NCBI RefSeq assembly: GCF_006345805.1
Contig: NC_042999.1
Location: forward strand, 50,716,001 to 50,780,000
DNA length: 64,000 bases
Source of the DNA: Octopus sinensis
Taxonomy: Eukaryota
Reading direction: 5' to 3'
In this document: piece after piece, positions 62,086 through 64,000 of the stretch
Numbering within the stretch: the first letter of the stretch is position 1
Layout of the letters: the number at the start of each line of letters is the position of its first letter
Position numbers and translations under genes: made by a program
The notes under the pieces: generated by a model
Told to the model about the DNA's origin: nothing
The model's input: the letters and a program-made list of their open reading frames with translations, nothing else
Database searches by the model: none

Positions 62086-64000
62086 ATTTAAAGTATCCAA
62101 GGGCCGTATGGTGTTAAACCCGGCAGGCTGGCAGAAACGTTAGCACACCAGGCAAAATGCTTAGCAGTATTTTGCCTGATTTTACGTTCTGAGTTCAAAT
62201 TCTGCCGATGTCAACTTTGCCTTTCATCCTTTTGGGATCGATAAATTAAGTACCAGTTATGCACTGGGGTCGATGTAATCGACTTAATCCCTTTGTCTGT
62301 TCTTGTTTGTCCTCTCTATGTTTAGTCTCTTGTGGGCAATAAAGAAATAAGATTAAGTATATCACCCAAGGTCATATACCATTCATTGGACAAGCTTCAA
62401 CACAGTTTCCTTCTACAAAATTTCCCTTACAAGAATTTGGTCTACTCAAAGCTATAGTATAAAACACTATCCCAACTTTCCACGTGGATGAGATTGAATC
62501 CAGAAATATGAGGTTGTAAAAGTAACTTTGTTAACTACACAGCTATGCATGCATTACTGTTAATCAAAGTAAAGGTAAAACATGGCCACGGAAATTAATC
62601 ATATGGAAGTGACAGCTCTGCAGTAAAAATGCAAACAACTGAAATCTAAAATTAAGTAAAACCTCAAGGTATTATAAAATCTTTTCATCTTCGGTAAAAT
62701 CAGAATTTAATTTAAACATGTTTCTTATTATAATTTTGAAGAACAATCTTTAGATTTCTGTTGTAAAGTTTTGCTTCATTACATTGTGATTTTAGAAACA
62801 ATAACAATAACAAAATAAAACATATTAAAAAAAATCTTCTACTTAAGCACTAGCACAGCATAATTGCAACTGCAAACACCAGGAATTTAATTATTGAAAC
62901 AACTGAAGAGTCCTTTCGCTCTCTGGTAACCGTGTTCTATTCTTCTAGCAAAAATTCCTGTCCATAAACATAAGGTTTCAACAGAGAGTGGATTACAACT
63001 AATCACACATATAAACATGTGGCTTTCTAAAATATATATAATTATATTAGTTCTTTCTGCCAGAACCGATTTAGCATATAACAATTGAGTCAGGCAGCAG
63101 GCATTTGTTTCCAAAAGAAATTCTTTCTGCATAGTTAGTAAAGCTCTGCTTTCAACACAAATAAAATTAAAAACAAAACAGCAATAACTATATCTACTGT
63201 AAAGATTTCTTCTATCTCCTGATTGCATCAATGAAATATCGAAGGCTATGCAATCCTACAAATAACATTTTGTTTTTTTTATCTAACGCAGTCCTTTTAT
63301 TTTGATACACTGTCAGTTTCAAAATGGCTGCCTGCAATGTGATATAGAAGTTCATGAATAAACAATTCATTTTATTAAACAAATCTTTTAATTTTGTTTA
63401 GCCAAGGTAACAAATCCATGAATCAATGCATCTATTCTATTCTATTGTTGCTTCCAGTTACAATAGCTGACACAGCATTCATGAAAACTGTATAAAAATT
63501 ATGGAAGTTTATCTTTCTATTCAAAATGGAAGATAGAAATCAGATTATAAGAGATTAGAAAATATAAATTCTAAAGTTTATGAACAAACTTTCTGAAAGG
63601 CCATCACAGAAGGATTTAGAAAGTAGTGTTTTGAAAACACAAATATAGACTGAAGTAAAAATTAAAGCTTCTGTGCACCATTTGTAACCCATTGTAATTC
63701 TCCAAAATTCTAAATGATATGAACAGCTAAATGATTTAGTTGCAGTAATATAAAAGGAATAAATAGAGTTTGCAAAAGTTGGCTATTGGTGCAGTTGTCT
63801 GGCAAAGAAGTTCACATCACAAGAGTATGGTTCCAAGTTTGATTTTACAGACTGACACCATGTGCAAATGTCTTTTACCATACCCTTGGGTCATTCAAAG
63901 CCTTAAGTGAAATTTGCCACACAGAAACTGTGTGGACTCCATCAAAGAGATTACTCCTGCTTTTGTAAAGTATACTTCTCTTGTTACCTAGTTTAACACT

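Overview
AT-rich, repeat-saturated animal genomic DNA. The SINE families and RTE LINEs look like those of a coleoid cephalopod, probably Octopus (recognised by eye, no database search). No complete host gene is identifiable. Most ORF-track entries are artefacts of (TA)n/(CA)n/(CAT)n microsatellites or of SINEs. The real coding content is transposon-derived. There are two near-full-length RTE-clade LINEs on the minus strand (32613-37289 with an uninterrupted EN-RT-PHD frame; 41527-45088 with two in-frame TGA stops) and one internally deleted RTE on the plus strand (22334-24096). There are also CR1, CRE-like and old RTE fragments, two mariner derivatives, TA- and hAT-type MITEs, non-autonomous Helitrons, and at least four tRNA-derived SINE families in dozens of copies. 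Highlights: a 7-unit SINE-derived tandem array bracketed by a 48-bp direct repeat, a roughly 3-fold modular expansion of an RTE 3'UTR with a recurrent breakpoint, a PHD finger inside the RTE reverse transcriptase, several degenerate hammerhead-like cores, and a few isolated candidate host exons. The best exon candidates are a signal-peptide first exon at 3250-3134 (minus) and a 67-bp exon at 60666-60732 (plus). SINE boundaries are approximate.
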